From assembly GCA_010909165.1 (NCBI GenBank), contig MU008163.1, forward strand, positions 1,922,001 to 1,986,000: a DNA stretch of 64,000 nt. The letters are read 5' to 3'. The notes beneath the pieces are model-generated. The model was not told the origin of the DNA, did not search any database, and worked only from the letters and a program-made list of their open reading frames with translations. The position numbers were made by a program, and so were the translations under genes. Source of the DNA: Anthoceros angustus. Taxonomy: Eukaryota > Plantae > Anthocerotophyta. The stretch's first letter is position 1, and each line of letters begins with the position of its first letter. This document shows positions 22,501 through 35,709 of the stretch, piece by piece.

Positions 22501-24241
22501 GGTCTCCACCTGCAGACCCTGACCCCTTGCTTGAAAAAGGTGAGAAGTTCCAAAACAGCAACAGCTCCTTCGAGGCACGAACTAGGTTCCTGGAGCATAC
22601 CAGAATAGTGCCTGTACATGTCAGCTACTGGAAGGTGGCTGTCTGGACCTGCTGGTCAGTGGTTTCCTCCTCATTGCCTCCACAGCGTCAAGACATTAGA
22701 AGCTGGATCAGCGAAGGTGGCAGAAGAAGCTCAAGGTAGAACCGCCAGAAAGCACACACAGTAGTCCGAGTCTAGGAATGCGTGTCAGCTCGGAGCCTGG
22801 CATTACCAGCTCTTCCGACACGGACACCCCCTAACAGTCAAGACGACGAGGCCACATTCCATGAAATGAACACCTGATCCTATTCCCAACTGGCTATCCT
22901 CCCTGCTGTAGCATGGGTTGGTTCTCGTCGGAAGGTGTAGGGAGTCTTTACGCGGTTCCTTCGGCCGGCCCGGAACACACCGAAGGCCAACGGGCAGCAA
23001 CTCCGGGAAATGGATCCCCCAATCATCAGTTCAATCCCAAAGTTGCACATATTGTAAAGGGCTTTGGATTGAGCTCGTAACACGCGATGAGAACCGAAGC
23101 CATTTGCAACCTGTCAAGCGAATCACACATCCGCAGCATGTGCTTGGGCAGGCATGTGGGTTCCTGCAGCCGCGTTCAGCACTGGCTCTTAGCAGAGGGC
23201 ATGGATCGGACATATTCAGCTCGGGATGTAGGCTTCTCATGCTACATAGATGGAAGAGTTCAGCTTCCAAGGTTTTCAGCGAGGTGGTTTCACTCGACGT
23301 CTTTGTCTGGCCGCATGCTGCTAGCAAGGACGGTTTGGAATTCCAGAACAGATAAATGCCTTGCCATGGGGGTGTCCAGCTCAACCTCTGCATTGCCAAC
23401 TTCCAGCGCTTGGTCAGGAGGTTGTCCATGGAGGACAAACCTAGTCTCCGATGGCAGCGAGATCATGAACTGTTTGTATGGAGATGGGCATCTGAAGAGG
23501 GCTCTGCGGCCTCGGTTGAGACCTGAGTGCCCAGGCAGCTAGATAGGGACATATCCAGGCATGGGTTGGAGTGCGATAGGAGGACATGGGCAATTGTATG
23601 GCTGCAATTTTGGCTCCATAAGGAGCTTCAGAGTGTTTCGACATTTTGGAACAACGCAGTGCTTCCGAAGCAGACATCTCAGGGTTTACTGCAAATGGTC
23701 GAGGTGGAGAGGCTTTGAATACGCCCTTGCGGATGACACAAAAGGGTCGCGAATGGAACAAGCCCATACTTAATAGCATATCGAACGCTACTGAGAAATC
23801 ACTGAGAAGCCACTGTTATCTCCACTGAGAAATCTACGATGGGGTCATGCACCTCACGGGCCCGTACCGGCAGGTAGTTGTATCTTCTTATCGTTAGCCT
23901 CCGTAACTACCTAACCACTCACTAGAATGCTTGATTAAGCAAACCTGAGTGAATGATCCCAAACTTAAAGTATGTGTGCATGAGTGAATTGATGCAAGAG
24001 TAGTATAACTTGTCAAAAGTTCCATCATATAGTAATTCCACATGGTACACCATAGTGTAAGTGAGATTTTGATATTTAATTTATAATATTTATTATATAT
24101 CTGATTTCATATATATAAAGATTAAAAGATGAAATTAATAAGTAATTACTTTGTAGCTAGTCTTGTCCATTGATTATCATGGAACTAAGTGTGATATCGA
24201 GATTGAGCAATATCATATCGAAACATAGAAACATTTTAGCC

Positions 24242-24248
24242 TATATAT
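24242..24248 (+). promoter_or_regulatory. TATA box of secreted-repeat gene copy 1 (conserved in all 8 units)
   Basis: cc-TATATAT-g about 65 nt upstream of the ATG in every unit. Confidence 0.65.
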
Positions 24249-24308
24249 GTACCACCGTGATTGCAAATAAGATACTTTTCTTTGTGTTGAAGTACTAGTT
24301 TGTGAAAG

Positions 24309-25123
24309 ATGGCTACCACTAGCCTATTTGTTTTGTTGTTGCTATGTAGCATCTCTAGCATGGCTATAAGATGAGCCCGATCCAATTTTCACTCCCCATT
24401 GGCCAAATTCGTTGAAACCTACTTTCCATGGATTCCCTCCTTTTCCTAAAGTAGTACCCGATGGACCATCCCCACCCCATCTCCCTCTCCCTCTCCCCAT
24501 GTGTCACCAAATGATGTTACGATGTATCCTCCGTGTGATCGCCAAATTTTCCTCCTTTTCCTAAAGTAAGTAGTGCAGATGGACCATCCCCACCTCCCTC
24601 TCCCTCTCCCCATGTGTCACCAAATGATGTTCGATGTATCCTCCGTGTGATCGCCAACTTTTCCTCCTTTTCCTAAAGTAGAATGGACCACCCCACCCCA
24701 CATCTCCCTCTCCTCTTCCCACGTGTCACCAAATGATGTTCTCATGTATCCTCCGAGCCGTGATCGCCAACTTTTCCTCCTTTTCCTAAAGTAGTGCCCG
24801 ATGGACCACCCCACCCCATCTCCCTCTCCTCCTCCCACGTGTCACCAAATGATGTTCTCATGTATCCTCCAGCCGTGATCGCCAACTTTTCCTCCTTTTC
24901 CTAAAGTAGTACCGATGGACCATCCTCATCTCCTTCGCCTCTCCTCTCCCATGTGTCACCGAATGATGTTCCCATGTATCCTTCGGATCCGACGCCAAAG
25001 TTTTCCTCCTTTTCCCCAACGAGTACACTATGGACCATCCTCCTCGCCTCCAGACTCAACATTTTGGAAGATGTCAATGTTAATCATCTTCGTGCAAATA
25101 CGAACGATTTGTCTTTGAACTAA
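24309..25123 (+). CDS. Secreted Pro/Ser-rich multi-repeat protein, copy 1 (5 modules; frameshifted as assembled)
   Basis: ATG GCT ACC ACT AGC CTA TTT GTT TTG TTG TTG CTA TGT = MATTSLFVLLLLC signal peptide; modules FPPFPKVVPDGP..SPSPSPHVSPNDV[P/L]MYPP; tail ...VNVNHLRANTNDLSLN*. Frame reconstructed from the cross-copy consensus. Confidence 0.7.
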
Positions 25124-27236
25124 GGTATGCTTATGGGTAGGAGATATAAATTTGCGTGTCCATAGTAATTTAGATGTATTTCTTTGCTCATTTTCATAAT
25201 TTGCACTTGCTTATAACATTTGATTGTTGTAACAATTGTAGTTAGCCATGACCTCACCAAGCGTGGCATCCACAAAGCTAGGAGCAAACTCAAGGAGGTG
25301 CCTTTTGCAAAAGATTATGTCCTCTCGGTAGCAAATAGTGCATTTTGATAGAGCCTCGAGGTATAAGAGCTTGTGAGCAAATTTTGGTCAAGATAGGTAT
25401 TTATTCTACGCCTTTTGCTCAACATAGACTTTGCACTTTAAAGATATATGTATGAGCTCTTGAAAATGAAGAGAGGTTCATAGAGTTTTGAGATGGATCA
25501 TTCTTGTACTTGAGGTGGAAAATATTCTCTTATTATTATCAATGAGAAAGCACCAAAATTGAGTTTCGATTGGTATTTTTTCATTGACATTTTACTACCT
25601 ACTCCCCAATTGTTACAACGAAAAGCCAAAAGAAATCCATAATGCTTGCATGCTATGAATACGGCCGCAAATACTCTGGACCCATTGCTTGCACTGATGT
25701 TGCTAGTAGTCAACCTCATATGTTTGCCAATGAGGAGACATTAGTTATTCGATTACAATTAAGTCTGCATTTTATATTCCTATATTGTTCGAGAAGTGTC
25801 ATGTTCGTGTTCATGTTGGTGGCCATGAATAGCTAGTTGCCTATGGCATGAGGTAGTTAATTTAGTGTTGCCAACTAGAATTGAACCGCTAGTGGACAAA
25901 GTTTTAGGCTAGGGTTCGTGAAGACCCAATTGCTAGAAGTTATCGAATCGAGCATTGAAGCTACATTTCGCCTTGAATGCAAGACACCATATGCCCGGAC
26001 ATGCTCGCAAATGGCCAAAAGAAATTGAAGAATGAAGCTATGAAATGCAAAAGACTTGAACCTTCTACTCACCATAACGTTACTATAATCATAGTATCCG
26101 TTATCTTGTCTGCTTGTGTCTTCACAACGCATGGACAATTTTGGTAAACAATTAACACGCCTTCATCTACCACCAATCCCACCAAGGCCTATCAACTATG
26201 CATGGACACCATGGTCCACACTTATTTGGATCACCAAGTTGCTTGATCTCATCTGGTGCTACAAGTGCGCCTCGCTTCTTCACTTGACATCGTGTCTCGC
26301 AGTGCCACCCCATGGGGTGTCCACTCTACTCCTACATTGCCAACTTCGGCTGGTTAGGAGGTTGTCCGTGGAGGACAAACCTAGTCTCCGGCGGCGAGAT
26401 CATGAACTGCTTGTATGGAGATGGGCATCAAGAGGGCTCTGCCCTGCTGAGACACAGTGCCTGTGCAGCTAGATAGGGACATATCCGCATGGGTTGGAGT
26501 GCGATAGAGGACATGGGCAATTGTATGGCTGCAATTTTGGCTCCATAAGGAGCTCAGAGTGTTTACATTTTGGAACAACGCAGTGCTTCCTCTTGGGAAG
26601 CGTATATCTCGTGGTTTATCGCAAATGGTCGAGGTGGAGAGGCTTTGAATACGCCCTTGCGGATGACACAAAGGGTCGCGAATGGAACAAGCCCATACTT
26701 AATAGCATATCGAACGCCACTCGAGAAATCACCGAGAAGCCACCGTTGATCTCCACCGAGAAATCTACGATGGGGTCATGCACCTCACGGGTCTGTACTG
26801 CGTGTAGTTGTATCTTCTTATCGTTAGCCTCCAGAACCACCTAACCACTCACTAGAATGCTTGATTAAGCAAACCTCGAGTGAATGATCCCAAACTTAAA
26901 GTATATAAAATGAGTGAATTGATGCAAGAGTAGTACAACTTGTCAAAAGTTCCATCATATAGTAATTCCACATGGTACACCATAGTGTAAGTGAGATTTT
27001 GATATTTAATTTATAATATTTATTATATATCTGATTTCATATATATAAAGATTAAAAGATGAAATTAATAAGTAATTACTTTGTAGCTAGTCTTGTCCAT
27101 TGATTATCATGGAACTAAGTGTGATATCGAGATTGAGCAATATCATCGAAACATAGAAACATTTTAGCCTATATATGTACACTCGTGATTGCAAATAAGA
27201 TACTTTTCTTTGTGTTGAAGTACTAGTTTGTGAAAG

Positions 27237-27940
27237 ATGGCTACCACTAGCCTATTTGTTTTGTTGTTGCTATGTAGCAAAGATCTCTAGCATGGCTATA
27301 AGACGAGTCGATCCAATTTTCACTCCCCCATTGGCCAAATCTGAAACCTACTTCTCCATGGATTCCTCCTTTTCCTAAAGTAGTACCCGATGGACCATCC
27401 CCACCTCCTCTCCTCTCCCATGTGTCACCAAATGATGTTCGATGTATCCTCATGTGATCGCCAACTTTTCCTCCTTTTCCTAAAGTAAAATTCATGGACC
27501 ACCCCACCCCACATCTCCTCTCCTCTTCCCACGTGTCACCAAATGATGTTCCCATGTATCCTCCGAGCCGTGATCGCCAACTTTTCCTCCTTTTCCTAAA
27601 GTAGTGCCCATGGACCACCCCACCCCCATCTCCTCTCCCTCCTCCCACGTGTCACCAAATGATGTTCTCATGTATCCTCCGAGCCGTGATCGCCAACTTT
27701 TCCTCCTTTTCCTAAAGTAGTACCCGATGGACCATCCTCATCTCCTTCGCCTCTCCCTCTCCCCATGTGTCACCGAATGATGTTCCCATGTATCCTTCGG
27801 ATCCGATCGCCAAAGTTTTCCTCCTTTTCCCCAACGTAGTACACTATGGACCATCCTCCTCTCGCCTCGCCACTCAACATTTGCGGAAGATGTCAATGTT
27901 AATCATCTTCGTAAATACGAACGATTTGTCTTTGAACTAA
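27237..27940 (+). CDS. Secreted Pro/Ser-rich multi-repeat protein, copy 2 (4 modules; frameshifted as assembled)
   Basis: Same ATG/signal peptide, modules and TAA as copy 1. Confidence 0.68.
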
Positions 27941-30019
27941 GGTATGCTTGCGGTAGGAGATATAAATTTATGTGTCCATAGTAATTTAGATGTATTTCTT
28001 TGCTCATTTTCATAATTTGCACTTGCTTATAACATTTGATTGTTGTAACAATTGTAGTTAGCTTGCGACCTCACCAAGCGTGGCATCCACAAACAGGCTA
28101 GGAGCAAACTCAAGGAGGTGCCTTTTGCAAAAGATTATGTCCTCTCAGTAGCAAATAGTGCATTTTGATAAAGCCTCGGAGGTATAAGAGCTTGTGAGCA
28201 GCTTGGTCAGCATAGGTATTTATTCTACGTCTTTTGCTCAACATAGACTTTGCACTTTAAAGATATATGTATGAGCTCTTGAAAATGAAGAGAGGTTCAT
28301 AGAGTTTTGAGATGGATCATTCTTGTACTTGAGGTGGAAAATATTCTCTTATTATTATCAATGAGAAAGCACCAAAATTGAGTTTCGATTGGTATTTTTT
28401 CATTGACATTTTACTACCTACTCCCCAATTGTTACAACGAAAAGCCAAAAGAAATCCATAATGCTTGCATGCTATGAATACGGCCGCAAATACTATCGAC
28501 CCATTGCACCTGATGTTGCTAGTAGTCAACCTCATATGTTTGCCACGAGGAGACATTAGTTATTCGATTACAATTAAGTCTCGATTTTATATTCCTATAT
28601 TGTTCGAAGTGTCATGTTCGTGGTTCATGTTGGTGGCCATGAATAGCTAGTTGCCTATGGCATGAGGTAGTTAATTTAGTGTTGCCAACTAGAATTGAAC
28701 CGCTAGTGGACAAAGTTTTAGGCTAGGTCTGAAGACCAATTGCTAGAAGTTATCGAATCGAGCATTGAAGCTACATTTCGCCTTGAATGCAGCACCCATA
28801 TGCCCGGACATGCTCGCAAATGGCCAAAGAAATTGAAGAATGAAGCTATGAAATGTGCAACTGTGACTTGAACCTTCTACTCACCATAACGTTACTATAA
28901 TCATAGTATCGAGTTATCTTGTTCAGTCTCTCAATGCGTATGGACAATTTGCAAACAATTAACACGCCTTCATCTACCACCAATCCTACCAATGCCATAT
29001 CAACTATGCATGGACACCATGGTCCACACTTATTTGGATCACCAAGTTGCTTGATCTCATCTGGGTGCTACAAGTGCGCCTCGCTTTCTTCACTTGACAT
29101 CGTCTCCGCAGCCACCATGGGGGTGTCCACTCTACTCCTACATTGCCAACTTCCGGCTTGGTTAGAGGTTGTCCGTGGAGGACAAACCGGTCTCCGGCGC
29201 CGAGATCATGAACTGCTTGTATGGAGATGGGCATCTCAAGAGGTATGCGCTTGCTGAGACCTGAGCCTGTGCAGCTAGATAGGGACATATCCGTGCATGG
29301 GTTGGAGTGCGATAGGAGGACATGGGCAATTGTATGGCTGCAATTTTGGCTCCATAAGGAGCTTGAGTGTTTCGACATTTTGAACAACGAGCGTTTCCTC
29401 AAGGGGCGTATCTGTGGTTTACCGCAAATGGTCGAGGTGGAGAGGCTTTGAATACGCAGCATAGCGGATGGTCGCGAATGGAACAAGCCCATACTTAATA
29501 GCATATAACGCCATCGAGAAATCACCGAGAAGCCACTGCTGATCTCCACCGAGAAATCACATGGGTCATGCACCTCACGGGCCCGCATCGTGTAGTTATC
29601 TTTCATCGCTAGCCTGAATCACCTAACCACTCACTAGAATGCTTGATTAAGCAAACTGAGTGAATGATCCCAAACTTAAAGTATGTGTGCATGAGTGAAT
29701 TGATGCAAGAGTAGTACAACTTGTCAAAAGTTCCATCATATAGTAATTCCACATGGTACAATTATAGTGTAAGTGAGATTTTGATATTTAATTTATAATA
29801 TTTATTATATATCTGATTTCATATATAAAGATTAAAAAGATGAAATTAATAAGTAATTACTTTGTAGCTAGTCTTGTCCATTGATTATCATGGAACTAAG
29901 TGTGATATCGAGATTGAGCAATATCATATCGAAACATAGAAACATTTTAGCCTATATATGTACTACCGTGATTGCAAATAAGATACTTTTCTTTGTGTTG
30001 AAGTACTAGTTTGTGAAAG

Positions 30020-30725
30020 ATGGCTACCACTAGCCTATTTGTTTTGTTGTTGCTATGTAGCAAAGATCTCTAGCATGGCTATAAGATGAGCCCGTATCCA
30101 ATTTTCACTCCCCCATTGGCCAAATCTGAAACCTACTTTCCATGGATTCCCTCCTTTTCCCCAAAGTAGTACCCGATGGACCATCCTCCCTCTCCCTCCC
30201 CATGTGTCACCAAATGATGTTCGATGTATCCTCCAGGCGTGATCGCCAACTTTTTCCTCCTTTTCCCCAAAGTAGTACCGATGGACCACCCCACCCCACA
30301 TCTCCCTCTCCTCTTCCCACGTGTCACCAAATGATGTTCTCATGTATCCTCCAGCCGTGATCGCCAACTTTTCCTCCTTTTCCTAAAGTAGTACCCGATG
30401 GACCACCCCCACCCCATCTCCCTCTCCTCCTCCCACGTGTCACCAAATGATGTTCTCATGTATCCTCCGAGCCGTGATCGCCAACTTTTTCCTCCTTTTC
30501 CCCAAAGTAGTACCCGATGGACCATCCTCATCTCCTTCGCCTCTCCTCTCCTATGTGTCACCGAATGATGTTCCCATGTATCCTTGGATCCGATCGCCAA
30601 AGTTTTCCTCCTTCCCAACGAGTACACTATGGACCATCCTCCTCGCCTCGCCAGACTCAACATTTGCGGAAGATGTCAATGTTAATCATCTTCGTGCAAA
30701 TACGAACGATTTGTCTTTGAACTAA
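30020..30725 (+). CDS. Secreted Pro/Ser-rich multi-repeat protein, copy 3 (4 modules; frameshifted as assembled)
   Basis: Same architecture. ORF 30447-30725 shows FPKVVPDGPSSSPSP...VSPNDVPMYP...DSTFAEDVNVNHLRANTNDLSLN*. Confidence 0.68.
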
Positions 30726-32819
30726 GGTATGCTTATGGTAGGAGATATAAATTTGCGTGTCCATAGTAATTTAGATGTATTTCTTTGCTCATTTTCATAA
30801 TTTGCACTTGCTTATAACATTTGATTGTTGTAACAATTGTAGTTAGCCATGACCTCACCAAGCGTGGCATCCACAACAGTTAGGAGCAAACTCAAGGAGG
30901 TGCCTTTTGCAAAAGATTATGTCCTCTCAAGAGTAAATAGTGCATTTTGATAGAGCCTGAGGTATAAGAGCTTGTGAGTGCTTGGTCAAGATAGGTATTT
31001 ATTCTACGCCTTTTGCTCAACATAGACTTTGCACTTTAAAGATATATGTATGAGCTCTTGAAAATGAAGAGAGGTTCATAGAGTTTTTGAGATGGATCAT
31101 TCTTGTACTTGAGGTGGAAAATATTCTCTTATTATTATCAATGAGAAAGCACCAAAATTGAGTTTCGATTGGTATTTTTTCATTGACATTTTACTACCTA
31201 CTCCCAATTGTTACAACGAAAAGCCAAAGAAATCCATACGCTTGCATGCTATGAATACGGCCGCAAATACATCGGACCCATTGCTTTTGATGTTGCTAGT
31301 AGTCAACCTCATATGTTTGCCAATGAGAGACATTAGTTATTCGCCACAATTAAGTCTCGCATTTTATATTCCTATATTGTTCGAGAAGTGTCATGTTCGT
31401 CATGTTGGTGGCCATGAATAGCTAGTTGCCTATGGCATGAGGTAGTTAATTTAGTGTTGCCAACTAGAATTGAACCGCTAGTGGACAAAGTTTTAGGCTA
31501 GGGTCTTAAGACTCCAATTGCTAGAAGTTATCGAATCGAGCATTGAAGCTACATTTGCCTTGAATGCAGCACCATATGCGGACATGCTCGCAAATGGCCA
31601 AAGAAATTGAAGAATGAAGCTATGAAATGTGCAACCAGCACTTGAACCTTCTACTCACCATAACGTTACTATAATCATAGTATCCGAGTTATCTTGCTGC
31701 TTGTGTCTTCTGCCAAGCAGGCATGGACAATTTGCAAACAATTAACACGCCTTCATCTACCACCAATCCCACCAACCTATCAACTATGCATGGACACCAT
31801 GGTCCACACTTATTTGGATCACCAAGTTGCTTGATCTCATCCGGTGCTACAAGTGCACTCGCTTCTTCACTTGACATCGTCTCCTGCAGCCATATGGGGT
31901 GTCCACTCTACTCCTACATTGCCAACTTCCGGCTGGTTAGGAGGTTGTCCGTGGAGGACAAACCTAGTCTCCGGCGGCACAGATCATGAACTGTTGTATG
32001 GAGATGGGCATCAAGAGGGCTCTGGGCCTCGGTTGAGACCCGAGTGCCTGTGCGCTAGATAGGGACATATCCGGGCATGGGTTGGAGTGCGATAGGAGGA
32101 CATGGGCAATTGTATGGTTGCAATTTTGGCTCCATAAGGAGCTTGAGTGTTTCGACATTTTGGAACAACGCAGTGCTTCCTCTTGGGAAGCGTACATCTC
32201 GTGGTTTCTTTGCAAATGGTCGAGGTGGAGAGGCTTTGAATACGCCTGCGGATGACACAAAGGGTCGCGAATGGAACAAGCCCATACTTAATAGCATATC
32301 GAACGCCATCGAGAAATCACCGAAGCCAATTTGTTGATCTCCATCGAGAAATCTACGATGGGGTCATGCACCTCACGGGCCCGCACCGGTGTAGTTGTAT
32401 CTTCTTATCGTTAGCCTCGAACTACCTAACCACTCACTAGAATGCTTGATTAAGCAAACCCGAGTGAATGATCCCAAACTTAAAGTATGTGTGCATGGTG
32501 AATTGATGCAAGTAGTACAACTTGTCAAAAGTTCCATCATATAGTAATTCCACATGGTACACCATAGTGTAAGTGAGATTTTGATATTTAATTTATAATA
32601 TTTATTATATATCTGATTTCATATATATAAAGATTAAAAGATGAAATTAATAAGTAATTACTTTGTAGCTAGTCTTGTCCATTGATTATCATGGAACTAA
32701 GTGTGATATCGAGATTGAGCAATATCATATCGAAACACGAAACATTTTAGCCTATATATGTACACCAACGTGATTGCAACAAGATACTTTTCTTTGTGTT
32801 GAAGTACTAGTTTGTGAAG

Positions 32820-33627
32820 ATGGCTACCACTAGCCTATTTGTTTTGTTGTTGCTATGTAGCAGATCTCTAGCATGGCTATAAGATGAGTATCCAATTTTC
32901 ACTCCCCCATTGGCCAAATTCTTGAAACCCACTTTCCATGGACCTCCTTTTCCTAAAGTAGTACCCGATGGACCATCCCCACCCCATCTCCCTCCTCTCC
33001 CCATGTGTCACCAAATGATGTTCGATGTATCCTCCAGGCGTGATCGCCAAATTTTTCCTCCTTTTCCTAAAGTAGGCAGGATGGACCATCCCCACCCCTC
33101 TCCTCTCCCCATGTGTCACCAAATGATGTTCCGATGTATCCTCCAGTATGTGATCGCCAACTTTTCCTCCTTTTCCTAAAGTAAAATTCCGATGGACCAC
33201 CCCACCCCACCTCTCCTCTTCCACGTGTCACCAAATGATGTTCTCATGTATCCTCCGAGCCGTGATCGCCAACTTTTCCTCCTTTTCCTAAAGTAGTGCC
33301 CGATGGACCACCCCACCCCATCTCCCTCTCCCTCCTCCCACGTGTCACCAAATGATGTTCTCATGTATCCTCCGAGCCGTGATCGCCAACTTTTCCTCCT
33401 TTTCCTAAAGTAGTACCCGATGGACCATCCTCATCTCCTTCGCCTCTCCCTCTCCCCATGTGTCACCGAATGATGTTCCCATGTATCCTTCTGGATCCGA
33501 CCGCCAAAGTTTTCCTCCTTTTCCCCAACGTAGTACACTATGGACCATCCTCGCTCTCGCCACTCAACATTTGCGGAAGATGTCAATGTTAATCATCTTC
33601 GCAAAAAACCATTTGTCTTTGAACTAA
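32820..33627 (+). CDS. Secreted Pro/Ser-rich multi-repeat protein, copy 4 (5 modules; frameshifted as assembled)
   Basis: Same architecture. ORF 32910-33179 shows AKFLKPTFHGPPFPKVVPDGPSP and RDRQIFPPFPKV. Confidence 0.68.
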
Positions 33628-35709
33628 GGTATGCTCATGGTAGGAGATATAAATTATGTCCATAGTAATTTAGATGTATTTCTTGCTCATTTTCATAATT
33701 TGCACTTGCTTATAACATTTGATTGTTGTAACAATTGTAGTTAGCTTCACCTCACCAAGCGTGGCATCCACAAATGTGCTAGGAGCAAACTCAAGGAGGT
33801 GCCTTTTGCAAAGATTATGTCCTCTCGTGAGCAAATAGTGCATTTTGATAAAGCCCTGGAGGTATAAGAGCTTGTGAGCAGCTTGGTCAAGATAGGTATT
33901 TATTCTACGCCTTTTGCTCAACATAGACTTTGCACTTTAAAGATATATGTATGAGCTCTTGAAAATGAAGAGAGGTTCATAGAGTTTTGAGATGGATCAT
34001 TCTTGTACTTGAGGTGAAAATATTCTCTTATTATTATCAATGAGAAAGCACCAAAATTGAGTTTCGATTGGTATTTTTTCATTGACATTTTACTACCTAC
34101 TCCCCAATTGTTACAACGAAAAGCCAAAAGAAATCCATAATGCTTGCATGCTATGAATACGCTTAAATACCATCGACCCATTGCTTGCACCGATGTTGCT
34201 AGTAGTCAACCTCATATGTTTGCCAATGAGAGACATTAGTTATTCGGGCCATAATTAAGTCTCATTTTATATTCCCTATATTGTTCTGAGAAGTGTCATG
34301 TTCGTGTCTATGTTGGTGGCCATGAATAGCTAGTTGCCTATGGCATGAGGTAGTTAATTTAGTGTTGCCAACTAGAATTGAACCACTAGTGGACAAAGTT
34401 TTAGGCTAGGGTCAGAAGACTCAATTGCTAGAAGTTATCGAATCGAGTATTGAAGCTACATTTCGCCTTGAATGCGCACCATATGCCCGGACATGCTCGC
34501 AAATGGCCAAAGAAATTGAAGAATGAAGCTATGAAATGTGCAACCAAAGACTTGAACCTTCTACTCACCATAACGTTACTATAATCATAGTATCGAGTTA
34601 TCTTGCACAGTGTCTTCACAATGCATGGACAATTTGCAAACAATTAACACGCCTTCATCTACCACCAATCCCCAAGCAGCCTATCAACTATGCATGGACA
34701 CCATGGTCCACACTTATTTGGATCACCAAGTTGCTTGATCTCATCCTGGTGCCAAGTGCACCTCGCTTTCTTCACTTGACATCGTCTCCGCAGGCCACCC
34801 CATGGGGTGTCCACTCTACTCCTACATTGCCAACTTCTCTGGTTAGGAGGTTGTCCGTGGAGGACAAACCTAGTCTCCGATGGCGGCGAGATCATGAACT
34901 GCTTGTATGGAGATGGGCATCAAGAGGGCTCATGCCCTGCTGAGACCTCGAGTGCCTGTGAGATAGGGACATATCTGCATGGGTTGGAGTGCGATAGGAG
35001 GACATGGGCAATTGTATGGCTGCAATTTTGGCTCCATAAGGAGCTTTAGTGTCACATTTTGAACAACGCAGTTTCCTCTTGGGAAGCAGACATCTCGGGG
35101 TTTACGCAAATGGTCGAGGTGGAGAGGCTTTGAATACGCCTGCGGATGACACAAAAGGGTCGCGAATGGAACAAGCCCATACTTAATAGCATATCGAACG
35201 CCACTTGAGAAATCACCGAGAAGCCACTGATCTCCACGAAATTCACGGGGTCATGCACCTCACGGGCTGCATCGCAGGGTTGTATCTTCATCGTTAGCCT
35301 CAGTAACTACCTAACCACTCACTAGAATGCTTGATTAAGCAAACTGAGTGAATGATCCCAAACTTAAAGTATGTGTGCATGAGTGAATTGATGCAAGAGT
35401 AGTACAACTTGTCAAAAGTTCCATCATATAGTAATTCCACATGGTACACCATAGTGTAAGTGAGATTTTGATATTTAATTTATAATATTTATTATATATC
35501 TGATTTCATATATATAAAGATTAAAAGATGAAATTAATAAGTAATTACTTTGTAGCTAGTCTTGTCCATTGATTATCATGGAACTAAGTGTGATATCGAG
35601 ATTGAGCAATATCATATCGAAACATAGAAACATTTTAGCCTATATATGTACACCATCGTGATTGCAAATAAGATACTTTTCTTTGTGTTGAAGTACTAGT
35701 TTGTGAAAG

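Noticed and set aside
24430-25060. G-quadruplex-like G-runs (minus strand) and CACGTG/ABRE boxes in the 120-bp sub-repeat as an enhancer array
   Set aside because: More simply explained by Pro/Ser codons and the His-Val-Ser codons (CAC GTG TCA) of the reconstructed reading frame.
25125-25400. Second coding exon (LACDLTKRGIHK...) after the GTATGC donor and TTGTAG acceptor in each unit
   Set aside because: Phases cannot be joined without a stop; at most a 3' UTR intron after the TAA.
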